Source: Octopus sinensis (taxonomy: Eukaryota). From it: 64,000 bases of DNA. Below the pieces are notes generated by a model. The model saw only the letters and a program-made list of their open reading frames with translations. It ran no database searches and had not been told where the DNA came from. The position numbers and the translations under genes were made by a program. Below, one piece after another: positions 1 through 14,100 of this stretch; positions within the stretch are counted from its first letter, which is position 1, and every line of letters begins with the position of its first letter. The DNA is taken from assembly GCF_006345805.1 (NCBI RefSeq), contig NC_042997.1, positions 35,650,001-35,714,000 on the forward strand, written 5' to 3'.

Positions 1-302
1 AACAAAAATTATCGGTAATTTTCGTAAAAGTGGGGGTGGGGCGGATAATCTAATTTTTAAAATACGTACCGGTATGTATACCAACACACACATATATATG
101 TATGTATGAATACCAACAAACCTCTGTATATGTTTGAGTATGTGTGCATGCGTGTACCTGTGTTGATTACGTAATACATGTTCCCTTGATATATATTCGA
201 TTTCATATTATGCTATTCACTCGACCAAAAGCTATTGTATGAAGCATATGTGTATTGAGATCACATATTAGATAATTGCCATGGTTATGTCTAAGCTGAA
301 TT

Positions 303-328
<26 letters not shown>

Positions 329-333
<5 letters not shown>

Positions 334-516
334 GGAGATTTTACGAAAAAAACAAAAGACGAAGACAGGTGGTATACAAAATAAACAGATGTATTAGTAT
401 AACGCTTAGGAATAGAAAAAAGTATTTTACCTTTCGAGCCTACGCTCTTCTACAGAAAAGGACACAGAAAAAACAAGGAGAGAAAAAAATGTGTGCAACG
501 GCTAACGATCTATTAG
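329..516 (-). mobile_element. Penelope-like terminal-repeat remnant, family A
   Basis: Homologous to 35392-35590 and 39690-39860. Contains GAAGAGCGTAGGCTCGAAA (degenerate hammerhead-like core) and abuts (TA)n. PLE assignment is inferred from the motif. Confidence 0.5.
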
Positions 517-1376
517 AAAGGAAAGAAATGTAATTGTCACAGAGTTTGTATAATGAAATTTATGGTGATGTATGTGTGTTTTTATGCGTGGGTGTGTGTC
601 TTTCTCTTTACGTTTGTACTCCAGCACCGATCGACAACCTTACGAACTAACAGTTCGGCAAACAAGTCGTATAAAATAAATACTGACATAAAAATATGTA
701 CCGTCCATGTTTTTTTCGCATAAGCCATTCAAGATGCGTGATATTGCAATCCCACTAATTGCGCAGAAACAAATGAAAGTAATCATGTATGTTATAATTT
801 CAACTTGCAGTGAATTACTATATTTTATAGAGAACATAAATTCGATTTTTCCACCGCAATAAAAGTATTAGTAAAAATGAAATATTGCAATACATTTTAT
901 TGTTCTTGAAAGAGAATTTTAGGAAAATTACTGATTAACCTGATTTTACACTGTCCTGTGTATTGTCTAGAGCTAAAGTATTTTACATGAAGCTAAATGT
1001 CAATTTATGAGACACAGGGTACGGGGTGGGGTTGCGATTATTCATAGTACGAGCATCTATGTTAGTATATCCTTGAAAGCATAAATGAGGGTAACTACTC
1101 CTGCAGGTTTTACATCATAAGGCATGGACTACCAAGTTCATAGCTGTAAAATCCCTCTATGAAGAAAGACAGATTGCAATATTTCTTGGGCAGAATTGGT
1201 TAAACGGAATACAATTATGTTGATTTCTTTTTCATCGCCAATGTCTGGTATACGTGAGAGCTCTAACCATTGTTGATTTACAGTTTTAAAAGTTATTGAA
1301 AGAAAGGATATTAATCAATGATCACACGTCCTCTATATGTGAAGTTTAGCCGAATTTAATAGTGGATGATATAAAA

Positions 1377-1772
1377 CGGCGAGCTGGCAGGAGCGTTAGA
1401 GCGCAGGAGGAAATGCTTAGCGGTCTTTCGTCTTTCTTTACGTGCTGAGCTGAAATTCTGCCGAGGTCAACTTTGCCTTTCATCCTTTTAGAGTCGATAA
1501 AATAAGTACCAGTTACCCACTGGGGTCGATATAATAGGCTTAATCCCTTTGCCTGACCTTGTTTGTCCCCTCTATGTTTAACCCCTTGTGGGCAATAAAG
1601 AAATAGGTATTTCGTTTGTCTTTACGTTCTGAGTTCAAATTCTCCCGAGGTCGACTTTGCTTTTCACCCTTTCGGGGTCGATAAATTAAATACCAGTTGC
1701 GTACCGGGGTCGATCTAATCGACTGACTCCTTCTCCCTAAAAATTTCAGGCGCTGTGCCTACAGTAGAAAAG
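1377..1772 (+). mobile_element. tRNA-derived SINE, family 2 (GGCGAGCTGGCAG head): full copy plus tandem partial copy
   Basis: Matches 27901-28130 and 41035-41264. B-box-like GAGTTCAAATTC; 3' tail CCCCTTGTGGGCAATAAAGAAA. Confidence 0.85.
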
Positions 1773-2547
1773 AATATAAGACAGCCTAACTGCTATCTCT
1801 TAGTTATTAACTCTACTAGAATTCACTTGCTTTATTGAAGAGCATTTCTTAGGAATAAGATGTATTACTTTTTTTGCTTGTTTTAACGGTGGCGTACACG
1901 ATTTATCAGGAACGCGATGCCAACATTCTAATGCTAGACCCTGGAAAGTAGTCGGTTAAAGGAAAAAGACATGAAGAGACAGAAAGAGAGGAGGAGAGAG
2001 AGAGGTGTGGAGGAAGGAAACACTTCCACTTTACTCGTACTTATATATGAACACCGAAGTATTAGAAATTAAATTGGGACACGGTGACATTTAAAGTCAG
2101 AACATAGCAAGTCAAACCATGTTTCTGCTAATTCTCAATAGGATGACGAATACTATAATTATTGATATATCCGAGGAACTTCGCTGAATATTTAGTGTCA
2201 AATAAAGTGATGTAACAGAAATATTAATCCGATGATACCTCATTTCCTCGTCAGCTTATTGGCAGCTGGATGTTAAGCAAGTTTAAGCGAAAATTTGTAG
2301 TGAAATGTTGACTTTGCGTGCATTAAGATGACTTGGCAATATTGTTAGTCACACATGTTTCGATATAGTAACATAAAAGAATACGAATCATTTCTTTGGG
2401 TATAATTGTAAACAAATTTAAATATCTTATCATAACTCCCTAATATGACACTCATACTTAATTTTGATATAGTAGCTTTAGGAGCGATGTTGACAGACAT
2501 ATTCGACCTGTTGACATTCTTATCATTAAGGTTACTTTGTTACAGAG

Positions 2548-4349
2548 TACATCATCATCATCATCATTTAACGTCTGCTTTCCTTGCTACCATGGGTTGG
2601 ACGATTTTACTGAGCCAGATGGCTTCATCAGGCTCCAAACTGATCTGGTAGAGTTTCTACAGCTGGATGCCTTTCCTAACGCCAACCACTCCGAGAGTGT
2701 AGTGGATGACTTTACGTGACACCGGCACGAGATCCAGTCAGGCGGTACAGGCAATGGCCACGCTCAAATGGTGTTTTTTACATGCCACCTGCACAGGAGT
2801 CAGTCCGGGCGGCACTGCCAACGACCTCACTCGACTGTTGTTTCACGTAACACCTGCACAAGTGCCAGTAAGGAGACGCTGCTAACGATCACGCTCGAAC
2901 GGTGCTTTTTACGTGCCACCGGCACAGAAGCCAGTTAGCTGCTCTGGCAACGATCACGCTCGGATGATACTCTTAGCGCTCCACTAGCACAGATGCCAGT
3001 CATTGAATTTGATTTCAATTTCACTTGCCTCAACAGGTCTTTGCAAGCAGAGTTTAGTGTCCAACGAAGGAAAGGTACGCATAAGTGGGCTGGTTATAAC
3101 CCTGGCAGAGGCCACGAGGTTATGGTCTCGCTTGGCTTCCGGGTCTACTCAAGCACAGAACATTTCCAAAGGCCTCGGTCACTAATCATTGCCTCGGTGA
3201 GGCCTAATGTTCGAAGGTCATACTTCACCATCTCATCCCAGGTCTACCTCTTCCACAGATTCCCTCAACCGCTAGAGTGTGGTAGCTTTTCACACAGCTA
3301 TCCTTATCCATTCTCGCCACATGGCCATACCAGCGTATCGTCTCTCTTACACACCACAACTGATGCTTCTTAGGTCCAACTTTTCTCTGTCGAGTATGCA
3401 CACTGATATTAATATCCATCGAAGCATACTGGCTTCGTTCCTTGCAAGATTATGCATGTCCTCAGTAGTCACGGCCCATGTTTCACTGCTATGTAGCATG
3501 GCTGTTCATACACATCCGTCATACAGTCTACTTTTTACTCTGAGCGAGAGGTCCTTTGTCACCAGCAGAGGTAAGAGCTCTCTGAACTTTGCTCAGACTA
3601 TTCTTATTCTAGCAGCTACATTTTCAGCGCACCCTTCCCGCTACAGAAGCTATCAACTACTTCTAGCTTTTCTCCTTGAAATGTTGCGGAAGTTGTTCTC
3701 TGCACATTTTCAGCGCTAATTGCTCCTGAGCAATTAACCTTCGCTGTTAGCCTTTCTTTGATATTGCTGCACCTGTTATGTGTTCATAGCTTATACTGGG
3801 TACATCTTATAGAGTTTCTACCTACACCTTTTCTACAGATCGAGCAGGGCCAACTACTTGAAGGGATTTGGGGTTTACCTGTCTTCCTACTCATTAGGAC
3901 TTTGGTTTTAGCTAGGTTGACTCTAAAGCCCGTCGATTCTAATCCTTGTTTCCACACCTGAAATTTCTCCTCAAGCTCTGATTGTGATTCAGCAATTAGA
4001 GCAAGGTCGTCAGCATAGAGGAGCTCCCATGAGCATCCTAACTGAATTCGTTTGTTATTGTCTGGAGGACTATGATAAATAGGATGGGGCTGAAGACTGA
4101 ACATTGGTAGACCCATATATCTACCCGGAATTCTTCACTACTTATTGCTAACCCTCACCTTACTGACAGCGTCCTTGTACATGACTTGCACAGCTCTCAC
4201 TAACCATTCAACTATCCCTAGTTTCCTCATTGACCACCAGATAAAGGATCGGAGGACCCTGTCAAAGGCTTTCTCCATGTCAACGAACGCCAGGTACAGA
4301 GGATTACATTTGGGGAGGTAATTTTCCTGCAGCTGTCTTAGCAGAAATA
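2548..4349 (-). mobile_element. 5'-truncated RTE-clade LINE (decayed RT C-half, long 3' UTR, (GAT)n tail)
   Basis: Minus frames read FVDMEKAFDRV, ELLYADDLALIAES and WYGHVARM..GRGRP. The (CAT)n at 2548-2568 is the tail on the minus strand. Confidence 0.95.
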
Positions 4350-5000
4350 CAGAATTTTTGAAATTCAGGCTGATATATATTTAAATCATAAGGTAACATC
4401 GAAAAAATATATAGGGTAAAATAGATTCACACACCTTATTTTGTTTAATTGACAGCGTCCCTGTACATGTCTTGCACAGCTCTCACTAACCATTCACCTA
4501 TCCCTAGTTTCCTCATTGACCACCAGAAAAGGGATCGGAGGACCCTGTCAAAGGATTTCTCCATGTCAACGAACGCCAGGTACAGAGGATTACGTTTGGG
4601 TAGGTAATTTTCCTGCAGCTGTCTTAGCAGAAATACAGAAATTTTTAAAATTCAGGTTGATATATATTTAAATCATAAGGTAACATCGAAAAAATATATA
4701 GGGTAAAATAGATTCACACACCTTATTGACAGCGTCCCTGTACATGTCTTGCACAGCTCTCACTAAGCATTCACCTATCCCTAGTTTTCTCATTGACCAC
4801 CAGAAAAGGGATCGGAGGACCCTGTCAAAGGCTTTCTCCATGTCAACGAACGCCAAATACAGAGGATTACATTTGGGTAGGTAATGGTCCTGCAGCTGTC
4901 TTAGCAGAAATACAGAATTTTTGAAATTCAGCTTGATATATATTTAAATCATAAGGTAACATCGAAAAAATATATAGGGTAAAATAGATTCACACACTTA
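4164..5000. repeat. Three tandem ~280-bp copies of the LINE 5' junction (RT segment plus ~90 bp flank)
   Basis: Units start at 4164, 4450 and 4727 (TGACAGCGTCC...GATTCACACAC). Confidence 0.95.
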
Positions 5001-5650
5001 ATTCAGAATGCGATTTTATCGCCCTACATTTCAAAAATAATGTGATCTAACTTTTAATGTAAACTCCTGCTGTTTCCATACAACAAAATATGAAAATAAA
5101 TTCAGTTTACATACTCATTCACTTCATCGCTTTTTCTGGTTTCTAAATTGAAAATACTACTTTTCAATACTGAAAAAGTGAAATATTGAATATTTTAAGA
5201 TAAAAAAAAATAGATAGTGATCGATATCCAGGTGTAGTTTAAGCAAGGGAAAAGTAAGTCATATAAAAAAGTGCATGCTATATTGTATGAATTTGCGTTT
5301 CGGTAAGATTACCCATTCAGTAAGTTTAGCATTCACCGCAAGATACCTTCAGACGGTAAATATCGAATATTTCATTTAGATAAAAAAAAAAAAAAAAAGA
5401 AAATGAAAGAAAAAAAATTCGACTAAATCTCTTTTACATTTCCGTCGGAAATAGATAGCATTTTATAAAGTATTTATTTTCTAGATATTCGAAAACATCA
5501 TTGACATAATGTCACCCAAATACACATATACACATATGCACAAGGCACATACACGCATATATATATTTATGAATACATTCATGTATATGTAGCTGAGACG
5601 ATGTTTCTGTAATGTACATGAAATATGTGACACGCACATCTCCATTAATA

Positions 5651-5706
<56 letters not shown>

Positions 5707-5765
5707 GTGTGTGCGTGTGTATGTATGTATATATACATATACATATATATGTGTGTGTATATATA

Positions 5766-5797
<32 letters not shown>

Positions 5798-6127
5798 GCG
5801 CATGGCTCAGTGGTTAGAGCGTCGAGCTTACGATCGTGAGGTTGTGAGCTCGAATCCCGGACCGGGCTGCGTGTTGTGTTCTCGAGCAAGGCACTTTATT
5901 TCACGTTGCTCCAGTTCACTCAACTGTAGAAATGAGTTGCGACGTCACAGGTGCCAAGCTGTATCGACCTTTGTCTTTCCCTTGGATAAAACTGGTGGCG
6001 TGGAGAGGGGAGGCTGGTATGCATGGGCGACTGCTGGCCTTCCATAAACAACCTTGCCCGGACTTGTGTCTAGGAGGGTAACTTTCTAGGTGCAATCCCA
6101 TGGTCATTCATGACCGAAGGGGTCTTT
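5798..6127 (+). mobile_element. tRNA-derived SINE, family 3 (GCGCATGGCTCAGTGG head)
   Basis: A box TGGCTCAGTGG and B box GCTCGAATCC. Body is shared with 12137-12275 and 55062-55320. Confidence 0.85.
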
Positions 6128-6143
6128 ATATATATATATATAT

Positions 6144-6373
6144 ACTCTCTCGTTTTACTCTTTTACTTGTTTCAGTCATTTGACTGCGGCCATGCTGGAG
6201 CACCGCCTTTAGTCGAGCATATCGGCCCCGGGACTTATTCTCTGTAAGCCCAGTACTTATTCTATAGGTCTCTTTTGCCGGACCGCTATGTTACGGGGAC
6301 GTAAACACACCAGCATTGGTTTGTCAAGCAATGCTAGGGGGACAAACACAGACACACAAGCATACACACATAC

Positions 6374-6419
<46 letters not shown>

Positions 6420-6572
6420 GACAGTCTGCTTTCAGTTTCCGTCTACCAAATCCACTCACAAGGCATTGGTCGGCCCGCTGCTATAGCAGAAGACACTTGC
6501 CCAAAATGCCACGCAGTGGGACTGAACCCGGAACCATGTGGTTGGTTAGCAAGTTACTTACCACACAGCCAC
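6144..6572 (-). mobile_element. tRNA-derived SINE, family 1 (GGCGCAGGAGTGGCTGTG head, internal TA/CA tract)
   Basis: Reverse complement of 43817-44238. Confidence 0.9.
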
Positions 6573-6596
6573 ATGCACATACACACATTTGTATGA

Positions 6597-7125
<529 letters not shown>

Positions 7126-7476
7126 TAGTAGTTGCGTCGTCATAGGAAACATACCAGCTATATCAAGCTATCATACTCGAGTTAATTGAAATTATAATTT
7201 TATGAAAAGGGAATATAACTGAAATCTCTCATGCATGGGTAAAAGTGAGATCTGCAGAAATGAGTGAAAAAAAAAAGTGCTCACGGCTCATTCACAAGAT
7301 CAAGTTACCGTATTAGGGAATACCTCTTGTAGAAGGTGTATTTTCAATTAATGAGTTCTAAGATGTCTGAATGTTTGATGGACGAAACTTTGTCGGTCTA
7401 TATTGAAAATTCACATGTAATTCTATATTTCTTAATGGTGCGCTCTGCATGAACGGATAATTTTATCTGTCTGTTT

Positions 7477-7937
<461 letters not shown>

Positions 7938-8281
7938 TTTCTTCTCTAAATGATTAAATGCATGGGTGAACAATTATCAATATAGTTTAGATAAGTCTGC
8001 ATTACTAAAACATATATATTCATGTGTCTGTGCACGCGCGTGTTTGCGCATTTTGTGAGAATATATGTACATACATGCATACACAAAAACACCCATAAAT
8101 ACATAAGCATACGGCACGTGCATAGCAAAGTATGAGTTAATTCACAGTATATCTTCAGCCAATTAATATAGGAAATGTTCCTTTTTTTTTTACTTTTTTT
8201 TTCGAAATTCAGATCTCTTCACCTCCTCAATATCAATCCCATTACAGTGACGTATTATTTTATATTCCCTTCTCAAAAATA

Positions 8282-8411
8282 GGCGCAGGCGTGGCTGTGC
8301 GGTAGGAAGCTTGCTTCCCAACCACATGTTTTCAGATTTAGTCCTGCTATGTGGTACGTTAAGCAAGTGGCTTCTATAAGATACCCGGGCCAACCAAAGC
8401 TTTGTGAGTGG
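8282..8411 (+). mobile_element. SINE family 1, 5' half
   Basis: GGCGCAGGCGTGGCTGTGCGGTAGGAAGCTTGC head. Confidence 0.75.
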
Positions 8412-8839
8412 AGGAACTAGTCTTTCTCATTCGAAAACTGAGCCCCGCCCTGCAAATTTTGCTCAGATAGCTTTCAGTTTTGGAGCATCGATGCAATTCT
8501 GAATGTTGATTACGATCAACCAATTACTTTATCTCGAAAATTATAAAAATCTGATGTTATTTGGATAATTTTAGCCAATCAACATACAGCGTGACATTAA
8601 CAGCTTATTACCATGACAACTTCACTACGTGTTGTGGTTGGCTCTTGTCTGTGCCTCTGTTGACTATGTTGTTTTTTCACACTAGTTATTTTCACATATT
8701 TTTCATTTCATTTATTTTTGGGATTCATTGACTCAGATACCTGAATTTATGATTTCACTAGGTTAATTCTATTCATAAATAATTACATTAGGAGTATTTC
8801 TTAAACGGTTAGCTTCACATTTCAACTGCTTACCTCAAA

Positions 8840-9269
8840 TTTAACAAATGTAACAGGAACTGAGATGGATATTTTGTGGGACAGAGAAACTGTGGGTGAT
8901 ACAGATAATTTGACATCATTGCTGAATTCCGCATGCAAAAACATATAAGATACAGGTATTCTTTTCCTTGGGACAAAATCTTTTGTTGACCTGTATTATT
9001 GTAGTTTACAAATCCAAGCGTGTAAACGTTGTTCAAATATGGAGTGCTGGAAACAGACGCCCTCTTTTCACTTACACACGGGTCAATATCTGGTCAGGAA
9101 AGTCATTTCCGATGATTTCGTTCTGGAATTTATTGAAGAGTTTTACATACATCTACTACAGTCTCAACGGAAACAAAACAGAAAACAAATTTGTTTGCTG
9201 CATGAATGGAGAATATCAATAGATATAGCTGACATAACTGTGGAATTCGATGGGGAATATATGCGTTAA
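8840..9269 (+). mobile_element. Heavily decayed RTE-type LINE reverse-transcriptase fragment
   Basis: ACKNI*DTG resembles LCNKIWETG; SLQIQACK resembles SLISHASK; QY..SGKS..DDFVLEFIEE across a frameshift resembles QYGFRSGKSTTDAIFVLRQLIEK. Motif order is correct; matched by eye. Confidence 0.5.
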
Positions 9270-10239
9270 ACTAGCTCATATTTTAAATGTCAACGAACTC
9301 CGATATTTGTTGTTCAATAAATATTTATCTTCTAGCCATTAATTAACATGGAAGTTTGAATATGTATATCGTTAAAATACGTCATAACTTTTCTAGATAT
9401 TAGAAATAATTAGATAGGGACATGCAGAATTATACAAAATTTCTAGTCAGCGTTTAATCGCGATTGCTGTATTACTTCCCTAAACGACATACGCTTTTGC
9501 TAGGATTATATATACTTACTTAAAAGGTTGATAAGGAAAATCAACCACATACTATTTAAACCTAATGAAGAAGACGTATATTTCCATGTGTAACCTAAAT
9601 AAACTTTGAATTGAGTTTGGAAAAAGTTCGCTCCACCTGCTGATAGCACTGGCTTTAGTTGTACAATCTGCCAGTCCAGTAGACCAGTGACGTAGCGTTA
9701 ATTCAAACTTAGGACAAGGCGGTTTTGTTCCTTTCCGATTAAATGATGTATATGCCACGTACATTTCTTTTGTATTCTGGATTATATCATGCACTAGGCA
9801 GAAACTTGTAAAAATGTCTACGAAGGTCAATACGTGCTTTGTTAACATTAATCAAACAATAATGGTTTACTGATGATTGATGAATACACACAGACACACA
9901 CATACGCACCCACACATTCTCATACATACAGACTCAGACACATAGGTAGACACCCACACACAAACACACACACACACACATAAAGCCAGACTTAGACACA
10001 TACACATACAGACAGGCAGACAACACGGACACACACATATTCCTCATGCTGACGCATCGGCTTGAGGAATTTTAGTCGAAAGAATCAAGCATGGTACTCA
10101 TAATACCAATAACAATAAACAACGAAAACGAAATGTAATTTCCGAAAATTGCAATATGCCGAACGTGATGGAGGATGGTAAAACGATCAATGTATACAGA
10201 AGTCGAGGAAAAAAGGTATATCTATCTATCCACTCAGTC

Positions 10240-10635
10240 GAAGTCGACTCTCGGTTACTCGTTGGGTCAGTGTCCCCCAGTCAGTTCTAACCTGGGCCGA
10301 TTCTTTCTGATTGGCTATGTCCATTCCGGTATCACTCTTGTTGGTGTCAAGCCAGCGGGTTCTTGGTCGGCCTCTTCCTCTTTTGCCACTGACCATTCCG
10401 AGCATGATGTCCTTCTCCAGGGATTTTCTCCGCATAATATGACCGAAATATGCCAATCTATGCTTGGTGATCCTAGCTTCTAACGATATTTTCGGCCTGA
10501 TCTGCTTGAGAACTTCTCCATTGGTGAGCCATGGAATCCGTAAAAGTCTTCTCCAACACCGAAGCTCGAATGCATTAATTCTCTTCTGGTCAGCTTTCTT
10601 TAGTGTCCAGTTCTCGCATCCATATACTCTATGGA
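10240..10635 (-). mobile_element. RTE (BovB-like) LINE 3' fragment
   Basis: NAFELRCWRRLLRIPW and YFGHIMRRKSLEKDIMLGMVSGKRGRGRPRTRWLD. Confidence 0.9.
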
Positions 10636-10806
10636 AAGAAAGTAAGTAGAAGCAAAAGAGCGAGTACGGAGATAGTATAATGTCACTGGATCTGAGTATG
10701 ACATTAACATGGCTACGTGAATATTGTCTTATGTTAATTTTCTTTAAAGCTGTATATTTCTATTCAGAAAACCGAATGAATGCTCGCAATATAAATGGAT
10801 ACGTAA

Positions 10807-11000
10807 GGCGGCGAGCTGACTGAATCGTTAACATGGCGAGCAAAATTCTTGGCAGCATTTCGTCCGCCTTTATATAGGGTTCAAAATCCATCGATTGTGA
10901 CTGTGTCCCTCTTCCTATCGGTGTCGATAAATTGAGTACCCCCTGAGTTACTTACACCCCTCACCCGAAATTTATTGTCCTTGTACCAAAACATCTAACT
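10807..11000 (+). mobile_element. SINE family 2, diverged copy
   Basis: GGCGGCGAGCTGAC head; colinear with the other family-2 copies. Confidence 0.7.
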
Positions 11001-12136
11001 AATATACAAGCATGAGTGAACGAATTCACACACACACGCGCGCGTGCACACTCACGAGCACACACAGACACACGCACACACATATAGTAGAGAGATTCTG
11101 TATGAGTTTCGACTCATTTGTTTCTCATTGAAATGGACAAATTAGTGGCTGACGTGGACCTGGTACAACAAGAGGAAGCTATATATGAAACCATACCGTT
11201 TGCACGACATATGTACACTATATTCAATAAATATAATACATTGTAATTAAGTTCATCATAAAAACTGTCGTGATTTTGATTATTGTTATTATCTTGTGCT
11301 CTGATACATTATAATATTAAATACATAAATTTCAATTTGGACATAACAGTGATAAAGACAAATACGCAGTGAGAGAATAGGAGAGCGATCTTAAAAGAAC
11401 CCTTTGAGAGTAACTAGCCGCTCTCCATTTAAATTTGAAATGAATATTTCCTATGTTCGAGATGAATGATGAAAGCATTCCAAGCGATGTGATGTGGTTC
11501 AGTAGTTAATTGAAGTTGGCTAGTCACTTGTCAAATATTAATCAATAAAGAGTAGGTTACACATGTGAGAATATGGCATGCTGAGCTTATAAATTAGTGG
11601 TTGGACTGCACTTAATAATTTTATACCTAACAGCATATGGAAGAGTAAGATAGCTTCACCTAATACTATTATCATAGATTAATTAACGATTCTTCTCAGC
11701 ATGCTGAGTAATATAATTTTCAGAACACTATCCAAACTTTCATTTATTATTGGACATTGTTCTTTTAGGAGTATTATGAGATCGGACTGATAATAAAGTT
11801 TATTTATGTCATGATTACATATAAATTTATTGAATATTTTGTGATGTACAAAAGGTGTCCAAACCTACAACCTGCAAACATGTGCGCACAAATTATAGAA
11901 TTTGTATATGTTGATGGCAAGTACAATCTCACCTACGAGTTATGAAATATAAGGTTCGATTCTGTTTTGAAGAAACTAAAAGTCGAAATTCAAAATTCTT
12001 TGTTACACGGCTAAAAATGATTAATGCCAAAATAAAGCTTCATACCTACTTAAGGCCTTTTGCAAATACAGTCGCTGAACATAGCATATAGCTCACACAT
12101 ATCATACTCGTATATATACACATACATGCGTACACG

Positions 12137-12275
12137 ACTCTTTATTTCACGTTCCTTCAGATTACTCAGTTGTAAAATGAGTTGCAACTTCACCGGTACA
12201 AAGGTGTATTGGAATTACCTTTGCCTTGGATAACATCGGTGGCGTGGAGTAGGGAGGCTGGTATGGACGGGAAAC
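12137..12275 (+). mobile_element. SINE family 3, internal fragment
   Basis: TTTATTTCACGTT..GTAAAATGAGTTGC..GGAGGCTGGTATG as in 5798-6127. Confidence 0.7.
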
Positions 12276-12297
12276 TTCTGATAAACAATGTATATAT

Positions 12298-12347
<50 letters not shown>

Positions 12348-12445
12348 GGTACATACATATATATACATGTATGTATATATATTATAAACATATATGTATA
12401 CACAACTTATATATGTATATGCATGTATATATAAATACACACATA

Positions 12446-12516
<71 letters not shown>

Positions 12517-12706
12517 CATTATATATAAGGGCTTAGTAAAATAAATTACTTTGCCACATACTGAACTCATTAGAAATAGCAGCTAAAGAAATTTCTTCAG
12601 CCATTTCTAATACTTAAAGAATATCTCTCTCAGATAGTGTTTGCCTAAACCAACTCACAAAGGTATGGGGGAAAAAACATTAAAAAAATCAAGTGCAAAG
12701 GTTATT

Positions 12707-12758
12707 TGAGAACGTACGTTTCTAGATTAGTCAATTCGACATTTCTTTCGTCAGCTCA
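12707..12758 (-). ncRNA. Type-I hammerhead ribozyme motif
   Basis: UGAG-CUGACGA-[AGA/UCU plus GUC/GAC stem II]-GAAAC-GUAC-GUU-CUCA. Helix I 4 bp; palindromic stem III; A.A mismatch at 10.1-11.1. Confidence 0.7.
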
Positions 12759-13039
12759 GAATTCCTTGAATCGTATTTGGGAACACTGAAAGTTGGGAGC
12801 ATACCCTTTCGGTTTCTTATCACCTCTAGAAATTCTGCTCGAACTAAAAGTGCTATCAAATCCGAATATGCAAGCGAAGAATTTCTGCTCTCCCCTTCCA
12901 CCAGCGTGGGTTAAAATTGACAAACACCATGTATTAACGGTGAAAACCGCAGCATTTAACAGAGAGAGATGAAGGTGATAAGAAGCCGAAAGGGTATGCT
13001 CCCAACTTTCAGTGTTCCCAAATACGATTCAAGGAATTC

Positions 13040-13091
13040 TGAGCCGACGAAAGAAATGTCGAATTGACTAATCTAGAAACGTACGTTCTCA
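13040..13091 (+). ncRNA. Hammerhead motif, U4C core variant (CCGACGA)
   Basis: Inverted copy of 12707-12758 with one core change. Confidence 0.55.
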
Positions 13092-13676
13092 AATAACCTT
13101 TGCACTTGATTTTTTAATGTTTTTTCCCCCATACCTTTGTGAGTTGGTTTAGGCAAACACTATCTGAGAGAGATATTCTTTAAGTATTAGAAATGGCTGA
13201 AGAAATTTCTTTAGCTGCTATTTCTAATGAGTTCAGTATGTGGCAAAGTAATTTATTTTACTAAGCCCTTATATATAATGTAATATTTTGAATTCGCCTA
13301 AAACGGTCCCTTTACATACTGAATACTTGGTGAAATGATTAATAATTAATTAATTTTACCTCAATTGTTGAAATTATATATATATATATATATTATATAT
13401 ATATATTATGTATATAATAATATATATATAATATATATATATATCATATATATATATATTATGTATATAATATATATATATAATATATATATATATATAT
13501 TATGTATATACATACATACATACATACATATATTATGTATATACATACATACATAAGTCACTCTCAGTAATTTTCCCGATCAAGTGTAGTAAGATTTTAC
13601 TCAATAAAAAAAATTGTGTAATCCTACGTACGAGCAAACATTGTATGTATGTATATACATACTTCGCTGTCTGGCT

Positions 13677-13821
<145 letters not shown>

Positions 13822-13829
13822 TGAGTGGA

Positions 13830-14100
13830 CACTGCAATTATTCTCAAGTGTGTTTCGTTGTTTCTTGGCATAGGAACAATGTCCATCTTCTCACGTTGCA
13901 TGGCGTTCATAGGTGCAAATTCATGCGGCTACTTTCCTCTGTCTGTCTTTAAGAAAAAAGATTTTCTTTTGTTGATATCTCCTGCACTTGTAGATATCTG
14001 CCTACCTGCATCGTGAAATTGCAGAGCATGTATTATCTCTTAGGCTCTGGATTCGAGCATGGAAATATTGTCTCTATTTCATAACGGGAAAAGTTTTCCC
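13830..14100 (-). mobile_element. Possible decayed RTE RT N-terminal fragment
   Basis: ISMLES..EIIHAL, RGK*PHEF and IVPMPR...RIIAV in the order expected for ILESEV..AI, TGEWPEDW and IPIPKK..YRTISL. Weak. Confidence 0.3.

Larger units (their letters stand above)
12516..13360. mobile_element. Young Penelope-like remnant with ~310-bp inverted arms (12516-12825 / 12973-13281)
   Basis: Arms differ at about three positions. FNR..DEG (GIY-YIG C-terminal-like) precedes a hammerhead motif; (TA)n on both sides; diverged homologue at 56741-56990. Confidence 0.75.

Noticed and set aside
5798-5870. tRNA-like A and B boxes
   Set aside because: No complete cloverleaf; continues into a SINE body.
8613-9269. 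Stop-poor frame resembling a glutamate-receptor N-terminal domain
   Set aside because: RTE reverse-transcriptase motifs in the correct order explain it better; the receptor resemblance was only a generic hydrophobicity pattern.
9552-9848. WSTGLADC resembling the PLAC8 signature
   Set aside because: The following cysteine-rich motif is absent; likely chance.
11850-11890. AAGGTGTCCAAACCTAC resembling a hAT terminal repeat
   Set aside because: No partner TIR or TSD found.
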